This document shows, one piece after another, positions 1 to 11,561 of a stretch of 64,000 bases of DNA (its first letter is position 1; each line of letters starts with the position of its first letter). The stretch is taken from assembly GCA_001244265.2 (NCBI GenBank), contig CDLV01000013.1:496001-560000 (forward strand). The letters are read 5' to 3'. A program made the position numbers and the translations under genes. Source of the DNA: Microbotryum violaceum (taxonomy: Eukaryota). The notes under the pieces were generated by a model. It ran no database searches and had not been told where the DNA came from. It saw only the letters and a list, made by a program, of their open reading frames with translations.

Positions 1-390
1 CGCCGCAACGTCCTCGCCGATGCAGTTTCGTTTTGCCTCTGGCAAGGCGACGTGTGCTACTCGTTCCTACATCAACCGTGGCGCGAGACGATGGAGGTCT
101 TGTTGGGCTACTTTGTCGCCCGCGAACTTGGTACCGCGCACACCATCTGCCGCAACTTTATCTGGTCCGATATGTTGTTGATGGAGCGCGACCTACCGCG
201 AACCGACCCGGCATCGCTGCAGATTATTCTCGCCGAGCACGATTTCCTCGTTGATGCGGACGCAGTGGTGGCATACTTGCACGAATCCGGCATTAGTGAT
301 GATTGTATCACGTGCGTCAAGGGTGCACAACACGGCGCCGCTCTTATCGTGCACGAAGAAGGTATGAAGAAGGTGTTGGCATCGCTATGA
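1..390 (+). CDS. 3' end of a fungal alpha/beta-hydrolase-fold protein (truncated by the window edge)
   Basis: Frame open from base 1: RRNVLADAVSFCLWQGDVCYSFLHQPW...YFVARELGTAHTICRNFIWSD...LAEHDFLV...GAQHG. This resembles the C-terminal motifs of fungal AB-hydrolase-like proteins. Stop TGA at 388-390. Confidence 0.6.
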   Translation, partial: RRNVLADAVSFCLWQGDVCYSFLHQPWRETMEVLLGYFVARELGTAHTICRNFIWSDMLLMERDLPRTDPASLQIILAEHDFLVDADAVVAYLHESGISDDCITCVKGAQHGAALIVHEEGMKKVLASL

Positions 391-1296
391 GATATCCCTC
401 GACCGAATTCGGACTAGATTCTCTCTAGACCTCCTTCGCTAGGACGCGGACTTGGCCACATGTACCAGTACAACCTATAGAAATACTTTACGCCTGTAGT
501 ATTCATCGCTTTGTCCTTACACTGGTCTGTGAAATAGAGTGCTCGAGCCCACATCCACATATTACCAGTAGTAGCCGCCAAGAGTGCACCATCATAGGCC
601 GGCACTGACGACAGACACTATGCCGACCTCATGTTCTGTATTAGGTAAGCTGATTGTTCTGAGAGGAATTCAGCACATGGGTCTTCCTTAAGCAAACGCT
701 CTTCCGGTCCCAAAACGTAACCGTTTAGCGACGAGATCAATGCGACGACGGCCGCCGAGATTCCAAGACCGCCCGCTCGAGGAATAGCAGCGACTCGGAG
801 ACGATGGGCGGGCATTTATAAGTAGACCATAATCCTTTGGGATATCCGGACAGTCACACCAATACTCAACTAAAAGTCTGCAAGTCGACCTACCCGGTCC
901 TCAGTGAGAATCGGCAGGCAGTAACCAAACTGACAGATTGGCATGCAGTGGGGCCTTCAAGCCGCGGCGACGTCTTTTTGAGTCAGCAGCCCGCAATCTT
1001 ATCAGATCGCATGCAGCGTGGCCGCGCGACGGGCAAGAGAAGCGTCGTCTTTTGCGCCGTCCTCGCTCTCCTTTCCCGTACACTCCGCCCCGCCCGTCCA
1101 CCCGTTATATATCACCAAGGTCCCTCAAGTTCGCGCTCACCGTCGTTGGAAGGCCAGTATCGACTTGCCTGAGGCTCGTTGCTTCCCGCTCTTTCCCCAT
1201 CGCGATCGCCAGCGTTCGCCCCCGCCCGTCGTCTCTCGCACCCGGTGCCGGTCCCAGGCGTGAACCGAGTGAAGGCCCAAGGATCGAGCGAACGAG

Positions 1297-3836
1297 ATGG
1301 TCCTCGTTGACGGTGTCAAGGTCAGTCGACCAGATTTCAATGGCATTTGCCACTTGTTCGGCGTGCTGACGAGACGTGACTCGCCCTGTACCTTCCCCCC
1401 CGGCTTCGTGTGCTCTGCCACACGCACCAATCCGCTGCGTAGTTCGCTTGCCAGTCGTGCATCAAGGGTCACCGCTCTTCCAAAGTGAGTGCTCCATGTC
1501 AGCTTATGAGCCCTGATCCGGAGGCGAGCTATTGACAGAACATTGGCCTTGCAGTGCACGCATACGTCACGCCCATTGGTGGAGATCAAGAGTCGGTCTC
1601 TTGTTGCTGGCTTGGCACCTGGTCCCCTCGGGCGCTCGGACCTCTCTGTACCGGACCGGGACCACCGAGGACTCGCACAGCTCTGTACTGACAGTTTTGC
1701 TTTGCTTTTTCTCATCGTTCGCCAACACAATAGAGAAAGGAAGACCGACCTCACAATGCTCGCATTGTCGCGACTTGCGCAAGACTCGCTCCGTGCACGG
1801 CAAGTGCGACTGTGTCGGCAAGGAATACGAGGGTGCGCATACGCCACGTGCTAGTTCCGGGTGCGCTCGTACTGACTCTGTTCGCCCACCCCTCGTCTCT
1901 CCTTCGGACAGAGAAACCATTGCAGCAAGTCCTACCCAATGGTTTGTCTGATCTGATGAGGGCACGAGAGGACGAAGCCGGTGCTTCAGCCGAACCAGTG
2001 AAAGGAGGTGCCCAGAGTAAGCCACCCTGATTGGGGCACGTCGCTCATCGCAAATGAACTGACAAAGTCGAACCCAATGGACACAATGCGTGCACAGTGT
2101 CTCGTCTTTTGAATCCCTGCAATTGTCGTCGTGGTGGCAAGTGCAATTGTTGTTCGGTGGTCGACCGCTCGAAGAAGTCCCGTCTTTCGATCGACTCGAC
2201 CAACTCTTCGTCGGCTCCGTCCCCTATCGCCTCCACCCCCAGATCACGGTCAGCCTCCAGGACGAGGAAGGCAGGAGTAGGTGGTTGTTGCTCTTCCAAG
2301 AAAGCTTCAAGCGATGCAGCAAGTCCGATCACGGCATCACCCGCAATTTCGGCCGAAGCCTTCTCCCCAGCTTCTACCGCCTTCAACTTTAGCTCCCCCG
2401 ACGTGCCCGTGTACACGCCGTTTGCGTCAACGTCCTACTTGCCCGCGGCACCAACGCCACTTTCGCAAACTTTCTCGTCACCATTCCAGTTCCATTCCGC
2501 GTCCTCGACCGCGACGCCTTCGGTATTTGCGCCAACAACCGACCTCGGCGGCTGCATCGGCGACGACCCGACGTGTACGCTCTTGCTCGCCCACCTACAG
2601 GCCAATGCCCCGCCACCGACGGACCAATCTTCAACATCATCAGCATCCGATCCTGCATTTGCGCTCCCGCTCGACCCTTGGTCGTCGACGCCTTTTGCCC
2701 ACTCCTTCGTCCCGCACCAGACTCCGCTCTTCCTTCCGCATACGCAAGGCACCTCGGCGTGCTTTTGTGGCGACTCGTGCACTTGCGTCGGCTGCCCTCA
2801 GCACGACCCGCTCGGTCAAAAACGCGCCCCTACGCACAATCCTGGCCCTGGATGTGGGTGTCGCAATCGTGCCGCCGAAAGCGCGCCGCCTCCGCTCACA
2901 TTGCAGACGACGCAACTGCAACCGTCGGGCAAGCGCGTCTGCTGTCGCATCAATACGGATGTCGAAGTGCCTTCCGAAGTTTCTTCCATCGATCAGCTAC
3001 TGCAGAGCGTGATTGACCTAGACTCACCGTGCGAGATCACGAGCTCGAATCAATGTGCTATGACGCTGCCCGGATTATGGAACGACGGAGGAAACGAGGC
3101 GATCGCTGCGAACCTGCCCGGGGTCAATGATGTTTGGAGGGGTCTCAATATTTCGAATGACCCCTGGTTCACCACTTTGGCCAATCCGGAGGCGCCACAG
3201 GCGTTGCCATTGGTAAGTTCGAGCCATACACCTGATGTCACTCTAACGTATTGGCACTGACCTTGAACTGGTTCTGTGTAGTTCATTGCTCCCGAACAAC
3301 GCCAGAAGCGAAAGGCCAAGGCGCAATCTGTGTGGGCTTTGCAGCCGCTTCCCGAATCCGGCGACCCCTGGTCTGCAACGCACCCTCAGGCTTCGTCGAG
3401 CACTACCGATTCGAATGAGATATTCTCCAATCCATTCCAGCGCAACGAAGCGAACGGTTGCCCGTCAATGTATGCTCCCGCTGCGGACGATCCGTTGGGC
3501 CTTCAGACTTTGAACGAGGGCGGTGAGGACGAAGATCCGGAACCGGGATGCGGCGACGAGTGCCAGTGTTCTTCGACCTGCGCGTGTCGTAACATGGACG
3601 TCGTGGATGAAGATAATCCCGAGGGTCACTGGCACGATGATTTTGAAGCCCTGTCGACACCCGCTTCAGGATTGTCGACACCACTACAAATCTACGGTCC
3701 GCAATCCCTGAATACGACTGAAGAGTCCGAGGTCCCAACTCAGCAAATGGCTGCAACTTCGCTGGGGAACGCGGTCGACCTAAGCTTCTCATTTGAGAAC
3801 TTTGACAACTTCAAGGCAGAAGATGTCGAAGGTTAG
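1297..3836 (+). CDS. Copper-fist DNA-binding transcription factor (Mac1/Cuf1/Ace1/Haa1 family), multi-exon
   Basis: Spliced N-terminus MVLVDGVK|FACQSCIKGHRSSK|CTHTSRPLVEIK|KKGRPTSQCSHCRDLRKTRSVHGKCDC is a complete copper-fist domain. Later Cys clusters: NPCNCRRGGKCNCC, CFCGDSCTCVGCPQH and CGDECQCSSTCAC. TATA-like TATATA at about 1107. Stop TAG at 3834-3836. Confidence 0.9.
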
Positions 3837-4138
3837 GCCCATGAAGGAAGGTCATCGACCGGCCGATTTCCCTCCTTAGTCCATCACAACCCTCGCCCGA
3901 GCCCCCCTGAGCCCGACGGATCGCACGAACTCGAGTATCAAGCGCGACGACCCTTCCCTCGTTGATTTTGTAACGGCTGGGTTTTGTTGAATATCCTGGA
4001 AGTCATGTCAGTAGATTCGATACGATAGAAGATACCAGATGATACGAGTAATATTCTCCATGGAATGTGAATGTACTACCTTGAACCCAAAGTGTCACCT
4101 GCTCGGCGAGAGGCGCCGGCGCCAGGGCTCGGGTGATC

Positions 4139-4175
4139 GCGATGAGAAGTAGAAAGAGGTCAAGCTCAAATTTCA
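4139..4175 (+). promoter_or_regulatory. PAC (GCGATGAG) and RRPE-like (AAATTTCA) motifs upstream of NOP6
   Basis: GCGATGAG at 4139-4146 and AAATTTCA (reverse complement TGAAATTT) at 4168-4175, 100-136 bp upstream of a ribosome-biogenesis gene. Confidence 0.4.
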
Positions 4176-4274
4176 AGGTTCGCAAGCGGACAACTCCTCC
4201 GGCGCTCTCCACCTTTGGACATCGATCCCCTTCCACCTTTTACCCCGAAAGTACAGCACACATCTTACCTCGCC

Positions 4275-5484
4275 ATGGAAGAAGAGACGGCTTCACGCAA
4301 GTTGACCAAGAAGGAGAAGAAGGCGCTGGCGTTCCGTGCGAATGCAGGCAACAAGGGCAAAGGCAAGGGCAAGAAGGTGACGGGCGACCTCGATCAGATG
4401 GCCGTACCGGAGACGGATGACTTGGACGACGAGGGCGTGAACGCGACCGCAGAAGAGGGAGAAAAGAAAGTCAAAAAGGACAAGAAGAGGAAGAGGGACG
4501 AAGCCGATGCGGAAGCGGACACGGCGACTGCTGCTGAAGGAGGAGCTGCCGAAGCCGACTCAGAGGAACCCAAGAAGAAGAAGCGACAACGGGGCAAGAA
4601 GCCGTCGCAGAGGAACAGGGAAGCCGCTGCAGCGAATGCATCCAAGCTGTTGCTCTTCATCGGTCAGTTCCAAGAGCAGAGACTGCGATGCTGCATCAAT
4701 CGAATGGGAGGCACGAGCTTGATTCGCTGACTTGCGCATCTGTCTATGTCTCACCCCCGTCAATACGATGCAGGCAACCTACCCTACAAAGTCACGATTG
4801 AGGAGATCAAGACCCATTTCACTCCATGCGGTACGCTAGCATGACTTATGTGCCTCCGTGTGGTCGGGACTGAGTGACTGACATGTTTCTACAAAACACA
4901 CGATCGCAACTTCAGGCGAAGTCCCCGAAGTTCGCCTACTGACTCCGAAACCCAAAGCCGATGCCGCGGAAGCAACATCAACAACGACCAAATCCAAAGG
5001 ATGTGCCTTCATCGAGTTCACTTCGCCCTTCGCGCTTCAGTCCGCGCTCCGGCTACACGAATCTGAGCTCAACGGGCGCAAGATCAATGTCGAGCTGACA
5101 GCGGGAGGAGGAGGCAACTCGGAAGCGAGGAAGAAGAAGCTGCAGGACAAGCGAGCGACGATGCAGAAGGAACGAGAGAGGGTCGCGTTGAACCGCAAGA
5201 AGAAGGACATCGAGGCGGGCAAGCTGAACCCCGATGGGTCGAGGTTATGGGGTCAACCCAAGCCATCGGCGACGGCCGACGCAGAGGGAGGGAGCGCAGG
5301 GGCAGCATCATCTTCGGGCCAAAATGGAGCGGGCTCCACCGCACCCAATGGCGCGGAGAAAAAGGTCAAGAAGGTCAGGGATCGTCGACTGATCAAGGAT
5401 GGACCAGCGGCAGCGAGATCCAAAACGGTCAAGGCGCCGAAGGCGATGACCGGTGCCAACTCCATCAAGCTCGGCAGCTTCTAG
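4275..5484 (+). CDS. NOP6: Nucleolar RRM protein, Nop6-like
   Basis: Lys-rich N-terminus (LTKKEKKALAFR). Spliced RRM LFIG|NLPYKVTIEEIKTHF...KSKGCAFIEF...LRLHESELNGRKINVELTAGGGGNSEAR; VELTAGGGG is typical of Nop6. Two introns at about 4663-4772 and 4831-4915. Confidence 0.85.
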
Positions 5485-5561
5485 TTTCTTGTATCCGCTT
5501 CCTAGGATGTATATCTTGCATTACACTCGCATTCACCCGGTCAGAGACAGCTCGGTCAGAC

Positions 5562-6420
5562 TTAGTAGAAGGGCTGGCTTCAGAGCAGCTACGGGGGGAG
5601 ACAGGTCATCGTGCTCGGATCAGCCCTTGCTCCGGCGGGGCACTTAGTCCGGGGTGAGGTGCAAGGCACAGGGACCTACAAGACTTAGATACCCGCCAAT
5701 CATGAGCAAGCCTCCAAGCGGAGTTGCTGGCCCGACAATCTTGGTCAACGCGCCCATCCTTGTGCGAAATGAACAGATCAAGTGTGCGAGTCAGATTCTG
5801 CTTGTTAAGCGCTCACGTGACCTGGCTAACAGCGGACGCAGCACTCACTTTTCTCGGTAAAGCAGCAACGCAAAGATGGATCCGGAGAAGAGCGTCGTAC
5901 CAACGATAATGAGGGGTGCGCTCCATCGCTTGCTGTAGATGGGGTGTTGTGAGATTGCCAACAGGGCCACTGCGAGGGAGGATCCATGGCTCGAACGAGA
6001 TCAGTCCCGTGCACTGCGTGGCCGCCATGGCTGTATACCGATCGTTGAAGCTGACTGACCTCCATTGACGATCACGTAGTGACTAGCCATGGTCTAGCGG
6101 TAGATGAAGCACCTCGTCTTCTTGGTCAGCTCAAACCTGTCTACTGCTTTTGGTCGGTGCAAGGCAGCACATAAGGTGCTCACCCATGTGGCGGTCTTTT
6201 CTCCCAGCCTAGGTGCCAATGCATGGGCTCCAAATGCTCCAGCCATGATTCCTGTCGAGGCTGATGTTTCAACAGAGCCGATGGGATGGTCAGTGCCTTG
6301 CGAGGACGGATTTTTACTAGCTCGGCGAGGATGTGGGGTGTCGATCGAGCGCGAAGTGGACTTACTGAGAAGCGCCCCAGCTTTCCATGCTAGAGCCGAC
6401 GAAGCGGGAAAGAGTGGCAT
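5562..6420 (-). CDS. DUF423/TMEM256-family small membrane protein (3' end approximate)
   Basis: Spliced pieces ASTGIMAGAFGAHALAPRLG, TMASHYVIVNG, LIIVGTTLFSGSIFALLLY and IVGPATPLGGLLMIGG match the GAFGAH, FSGSI and GPxTPxGG motifs of DUF423. Confidence 0.85.
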
Positions 6421-8022
6421 TGACGTGGGTGTGAGACAAAGGCGTGTATGTCGTGGGACTCAAGTGAATGGTCCGGTGTGATGCGAGTTGAGGAGCGAGT
6501 CGGTGCTAATAATAAGAGGAGTGACGCTCCTACTCCTCCGTCTCCTTGGCGCATCTCCTGGCACTCCCCCTCACTCCCCTAGACTCCCCTTGCGTCCATC
6601 GCCTCTTTCTGCTGGCCTGCACGAGTCGGCGCCGACGCTCGGCACCGATTTTCAAACGGAGGCCCCGGGTAAAACTGCTACAGCTGACCAATAGTGGGCC
6701 CGAAGAACTACTCTCCCACTCTGAGAACCGTAATCAAGTGATAAAGGCTGTTTGTCGCTGACGGACGCCGTCTGAGTCGCGTTCGGCCCCGGGTCGTCAT
6801 CGGCTTGCGAAATTTCCTCTAAAATAAGGTGATCTGTTGTGTTTGTGTTGCAAGAGCTATGGATCGCCGCTGGTCACTTTTTGGGTGGGAGACGGTGGCT
6901 CGTAGACGGTCGGGTCGGTTCCTCCGGCCCGGGTATGGGGCGAAAACTCGTCGCGAGCGGATAGGGTCAAGTCCTGCGAACTTTGCGCCGCATTTGCGAG
7001 GTCAGTTACTTCGAGTGGGTCTGAAAGCAGGGTAAATTTCCGCTCCTGACTTGGAGCTTGATTTTCACCAGCCGTGTCCGATCGAATTTGTTACGCTCCT
7101 CCGGCGGGTTCAGCAAACGTCCGATGATCTCGACTGATCCGAACGCGCAACCGCTTGTTCAATCATTCCCAGTTCAAGTCTTGAGGGAGCATCACACCTC
7201 CGGCAATTCACGATCCGTGAGTCACATCTAATTAAGAGGCATGCTTCGATGACCTCGAGGGACATGATTGGCTGCTGTTCTCAATGGGACGCCACTTTGA
7301 TGCCGCTCCCGCCAGTTACTCAAAAGTGTTCATTGATCTGTTTGAGTCGAATAGGCTTCGGATCCGATGCAACGCCCAGAGCCAACTCTGGTCCACCATC
7401 TATCTCGACTATGACGCTTGCTCCAAGACCGGGTAGAAGACCTTTGCCTCACCACTCGGGGCAACTGGAAGAGCGAAATCTCGCTCTACCTTTCTGTGTC
7501 TAATCTTCCGTCCGTTCGTTCTCTTCCGTTCTCACCCGAGGCAAACTCGAAGACCCCTCCAGTCAGCGCCATTACTTTTTATTTTGTTCGTTTCTCAGAA
7601 GTTTCTCGCATTTCAGTAGCCCCAAAAAGACCAAAAGAAATCACAAGAAAATTCCAGGCCAATCTTTCATCTGGTCCGCTCTTGGAAATATCAAGTCGTC
7701 GTCCCGCCCATGGTCGAAAGAAGAAAAAGTCGTAATTACCTCCTAGTCGAACGTGCACAAAAGATCTCGAGAATGGATTTCCTCGAAAGGCTAGATGTTT
7801 TATAGGTGATGGTGGGTACCCGATCCCAAAGAGATCGAGCCGGATCGCTTCGATGTCGAAGGAGAAGGGAGAAGGATTGAGTGGTGTAGTCGGATAGAGG
7901 CGGTCATGAAGAGAAAGTTGGGGGTTGGGGGGAGTGGTAGTAGGTGAACAAATGCGAGCGAAGCAGAAACGCGAGTCGACAAGAAACCGAAAGACCGAGA
8001 ACCGAGGGGAGAGACGGCGGTC

Positions 8023-8887
8023 TTAACGGAGTCGGCTGTGGGGAAAAAGGGGTTCGAGACGATGATATGGTAAGCTCCCGTGCTATCCTATAGTGTTACC
8101 GGGGTAGGTGGGACGTACCGAGCTTCACGCTCAGACTCGAGGAGGGCGAGGATGTCGTTCTCACGAACGGGGCCCTTGACGTTGCTGTAGAAGGACGAAT
8201 AAGATGGGTAAATGATCAAGTCTCGGCATTGATTGTCCAGACGAGAGCTGGGATGGGATGCGCACCGGATGATGGATCGAGTCGAGTCGTCCATGAACTC
8301 GACGCGAACCTGAGTGACACCACCTCGCGAGCCGGTGCGGCCGAGCACCTTGACGACCTTGGCGAGCTTGACCTGAGTCTTTGAGGATTCCTGAGGGACG
8401 AAAACAAGATCACAGAACCTAGGTCAGCCCACTGGTGCGCGCTGTAGTGGACGTGATGTGGTGCAATATGGGCCAGGGGTGTCGCAGGAAAAAGTAGCGG
8501 AGAGGCGTGTCGAGGGTCGCATGGTTGAAGGTGTGTACTGGCGGCAGTACTATACCCCATCGCCGTGACAATCCAACTGTAGGCGCCGGGTGTATGTAGC
8601 GTGCGGTGGCTGGGTTGCGCGATATGGCGTGGTTGGGCCGTGGTCATCGCAGGGGTGCTTTGCGTGTGCTGTCGCTGGCCGGCTGGTTGGTTGGCTGGCT
8701 GGCCCGCCGGTGGCCTTGGCTGGCGAGGCCTGGGCGGGGGCGACGAAAGGCCCACCACGAGCGACGACGACGACGAAGACGGGGGCGAGACGGTGCGACG
8801 GTGCGACAGTCGCGACGTTCCCTCCACTGTGTTGACTGTTTCCCACGCAGAAAGGGTGGAAAGAGCATGGACGATGGGATTTACCAT
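8023..8887 (-). CDS. RPS28: 40S ribosomal protein S28 (eS28)
   Basis: Exons ATG (8885-8887), 8266-8390, 8119-8184 and 8023-8035 give [68 protein letters not shown]. Confidence 0.95.
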
Positions 8888-9217
8888 ATTGATGAGAGAG
8901 GGTTGACGACCGGTGGAGTGCTGTAGTGCGAACAAGAGCCAAGCCGTCTCGAGCGAAAGTCGACATGTGCGCCTGTTCACGCTTTCACTTTCGCCTTCGC
9001 TGGCCTGCGCACTGCCTGCGCTGGCTGGCCCGCTCTGCCATTCGATTTTGCAGCCAGCACAGCCAGCAGCGCAGGCGCGCGAAATTCGTTTTCGGCTGGC
9101 GCGGTTTGGCCCAGCGCGCGCTGCCCGGCCTCGCTCATTCGCTGGCCCAAGGCTGGGAGACGAGCTACCGACTGCGACTCGTCCCTCTCTTCTGCCCCGT
9201 ACAAGACTCGACGCATC

Positions 9218-10683
9218 ATGACTGACTTTGCCCCCGTCCCCCAGGGTGAGTGATGCTTCCACTACCGCATCCCAACAGAACGATCATGGTCCAGGGTCCA
9301 GGGTAGCTGTCGTCGTCGGGGGCGTTGCGCTGACAGTTTTACCTACGCTGCTTTCCCGCCTTGACCCACCACGCCGCACTCGCTCTCGCTCCGCTGCTGC
9401 CTCGCCCCGGCGCCGGTGCGTCCTCTCGCGCGACGACGACGACGACGGCCATCATCACCACCACCTTCCATCGCCGCCGACTCGCCACAGACGTGCTCAC
9501 CGCCAACGCCTCGGGCATCTTGCTCTTCAACCGATGGGATTCGGCCGATGTCGAGGTCAAGGATATCTCGTTGACCGACTACATCCAGGTCCGCAACGCG
9601 ATCCTCCTCCCACACACCGCCGGCCGATATGCGTCCAAGCAGTTCCGCAAGGCCCAGATGCCCATCGTTGAGCGTCTCGTCAATGCGTAAGTATCATGCC
9701 CATCGCCTTGCTACCTCTCGACCCCATCGTAGCGACGTAGGACCCTTGTGACGCGCGCATACGGGCTACGTCGATTTTTTGCGGAGCGTTCAGGCCGACT
9801 TGCAATGGGATTGCATGGGGTACAGCGGACTATCTGGGCGGTGGAAAGCGACAGGATGAACTATTGAAAATCAACAAGAGGGAGAGCTGCACCGTTAGGG
9901 CGGTCCGAGATGGGAGGGAACGGTTTCGCGAAAGGGGGCCTGACACGGCGCCTGTTCACAACGGGAGCTTCGCGGGACCGTAATTGGCGCTGACCTGATT
10001 TCGTGTATGCTGCATACGTCTTTGCCCATCGACAGCTTGATGATGAACGGTCGCAACAACGGTCAGTACTCAAGCGTATACTATTCAATCCGATCACAGA
10101 GGACCGTATACTGATATCATCCACACGGCCTGTGTACCACCCCTCACAGGAAAGAAGCAAATGGCCGTCCGAATCGTCGCCCACGCATTCGAGATCATCC
10201 ACCTGCTCACCGACCAAAACCCCATCCAAGTGTATGTCGATGAGAAATACACACACACACTAATTTCCATCAATGCTGATGAGGCAATGTTGGTTTCTGG
10301 GTCTGCTGCAGCCTTGTCGACGCCGTCGTCAACACCGGACCTCGTGAGGACTCGACCCGCATTGGATCTCAAGGTACCGTCCGTCGTCAAGCCGTCGATG
10401 TCTCGCCTCTCCGACGAGTCAACCAGGCCATCTCGCTCATCACCATTGGTGTCCGCGAATCGGCGTTCCGCAACGTCAAGTCCATCTCCGAGTGCCTTGC
10501 CGACGAAATCATCAACGCCGCCAAGGGATCGTCCAACTCGTACGCCATCAAGAAGAAGGTGCGTTCGCTGCGATTCGTGGTGGAGAAGATGGTGTGGGAA
10601 CTGGAACGGAACTGACCTCGTGATCTCCCTTTTTGAACGACCATCAGGATGAGCTCGAGCGTGTCGCCAAGAGTAACAGGTAA
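9218..10683 (+). CDS. RPS5: 40S ribosomal protein S5 (uS7)
   Basis: Spliced [26 protein letters not shown]...[61 protein letters not shown]...[10 protein letters not shown]...[16 protein letters not shown]. Confidence 0.96.
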
Positions 10684-10746
10684 ACGGGTTGATGGGAAGG
10701 TCCGGAAGCTATGTACGGCTGTTTTTGAGATGCACACACGAGGCTC

Positions 10747-10784
10747 AGGCGTCACGCACTCTAGGCGTCACGCACTCTAGGCGT
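10747..10784. repeat. Short tandem repeat, 16-bp unit AGGCGTCACGCACTCT, about 2.4 copies, in the RPS5 3' region
   Basis: Exact unit at 10747 and 10763; partial unit at 10779. Confidence 0.85.
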
Positions 10785-10958
10785 GCTGGGTCAAAAAGGG
10801 AGAAGGATCTTGCAGAGTAGATGCACACAGGAGACGGTTCCTTGATCTACCATCTTTCTTTCGCTCACTTGGTGTCTTTGAGTTTTCCTAACGACGAGAG
10901 GAGTACGGAAAAAGCTACGAGATCACAAAAACCGTCGAAATGCCCTTAAAACCATCCT

Positions 10959-10998
10959 AATTCGAAGGTCATAAATTCGAAGGTTATAAATTCGAAGG
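10959..10998. repeat. Short tandem repeat, 15-bp unit AATTCGAAGGTYATA, about 2.7 copies
   Basis: AATTCGAAGG at 10959, 10974 and 10989. Confidence 0.8.
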
Positions 10999-11561
10999 GT
11001 CTTCTAATCTAGTCTCAGCTAGTGCCCCGAGGAAGGAGCCTTCGTTTTGACTTTCCTCGCGGGGTCCGTACGACGTCACACGCAAAAACATGCCCGAAAG
11101 ATGGGGTACAATGCATTCCATTTCGGTTGCAGTATGCTGAACAACAATTTTCAAAGCTCTTGCAATTTCTGGATGTGGCAAAGGCAACACCCGCACCTGT
11201 GTTTTCTCGGCATGCTGGGCTCGTAGGATGTCAAGTCTGGTCAAGTTGGCCGTGAAATCGAGCGAGTCGGGCCACTCCGATCTGCGCTCTCCCTCTCTCT
11301 CGCTCTCTCTCCGACCTTCTGTTCACCCTGCTTCGCTCGCCAGCATTCGTCCCCCCCTGTCATTCACTCTTCTGCCCAACAAAGGCTCTACTGCGGATTT
11401 GGTGTGCTGGCATAGGTCTCGTAGCCCGCTACATCGAAGGTAGCCGACACCCGCTGAGTCTCCCCATCCGCCCAAACAAGACGTCACCTGCCTGCAGCTA
11501 GGTTCCGATACCGCGCCCGTACGACCGCGAATGCTCAGCCATCAGGCTTCGTCTCTTCCCG

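Noticed and set aside
414-815. Two short minus-strand ORFs between the hydrolase and the copper-fist gene
   Set aside because: No recognisable motif and no convincing splice join; cannot be supported as a gene.
6500-8020. Possible ncRNA or long regulatory RPS28 3' UTR
   Set aside because: I found no snRNA, tRNA or riboswitch motif by eye; an Rfam search would be needed.
8216-9262. 348-aa minus-strand ORF
   Set aside because: It runs through the RPS28 intron and promoter and is low-complexity; a GC-rich shadow ORF.
9853-9945. C/D-box snoRNA candidate in the long RPS5 intron (AGGATGA...CTGA)
   Set aside because: Imperfect C box, no terminal stem, and only about 7 nt of apparent rRNA complementarity.
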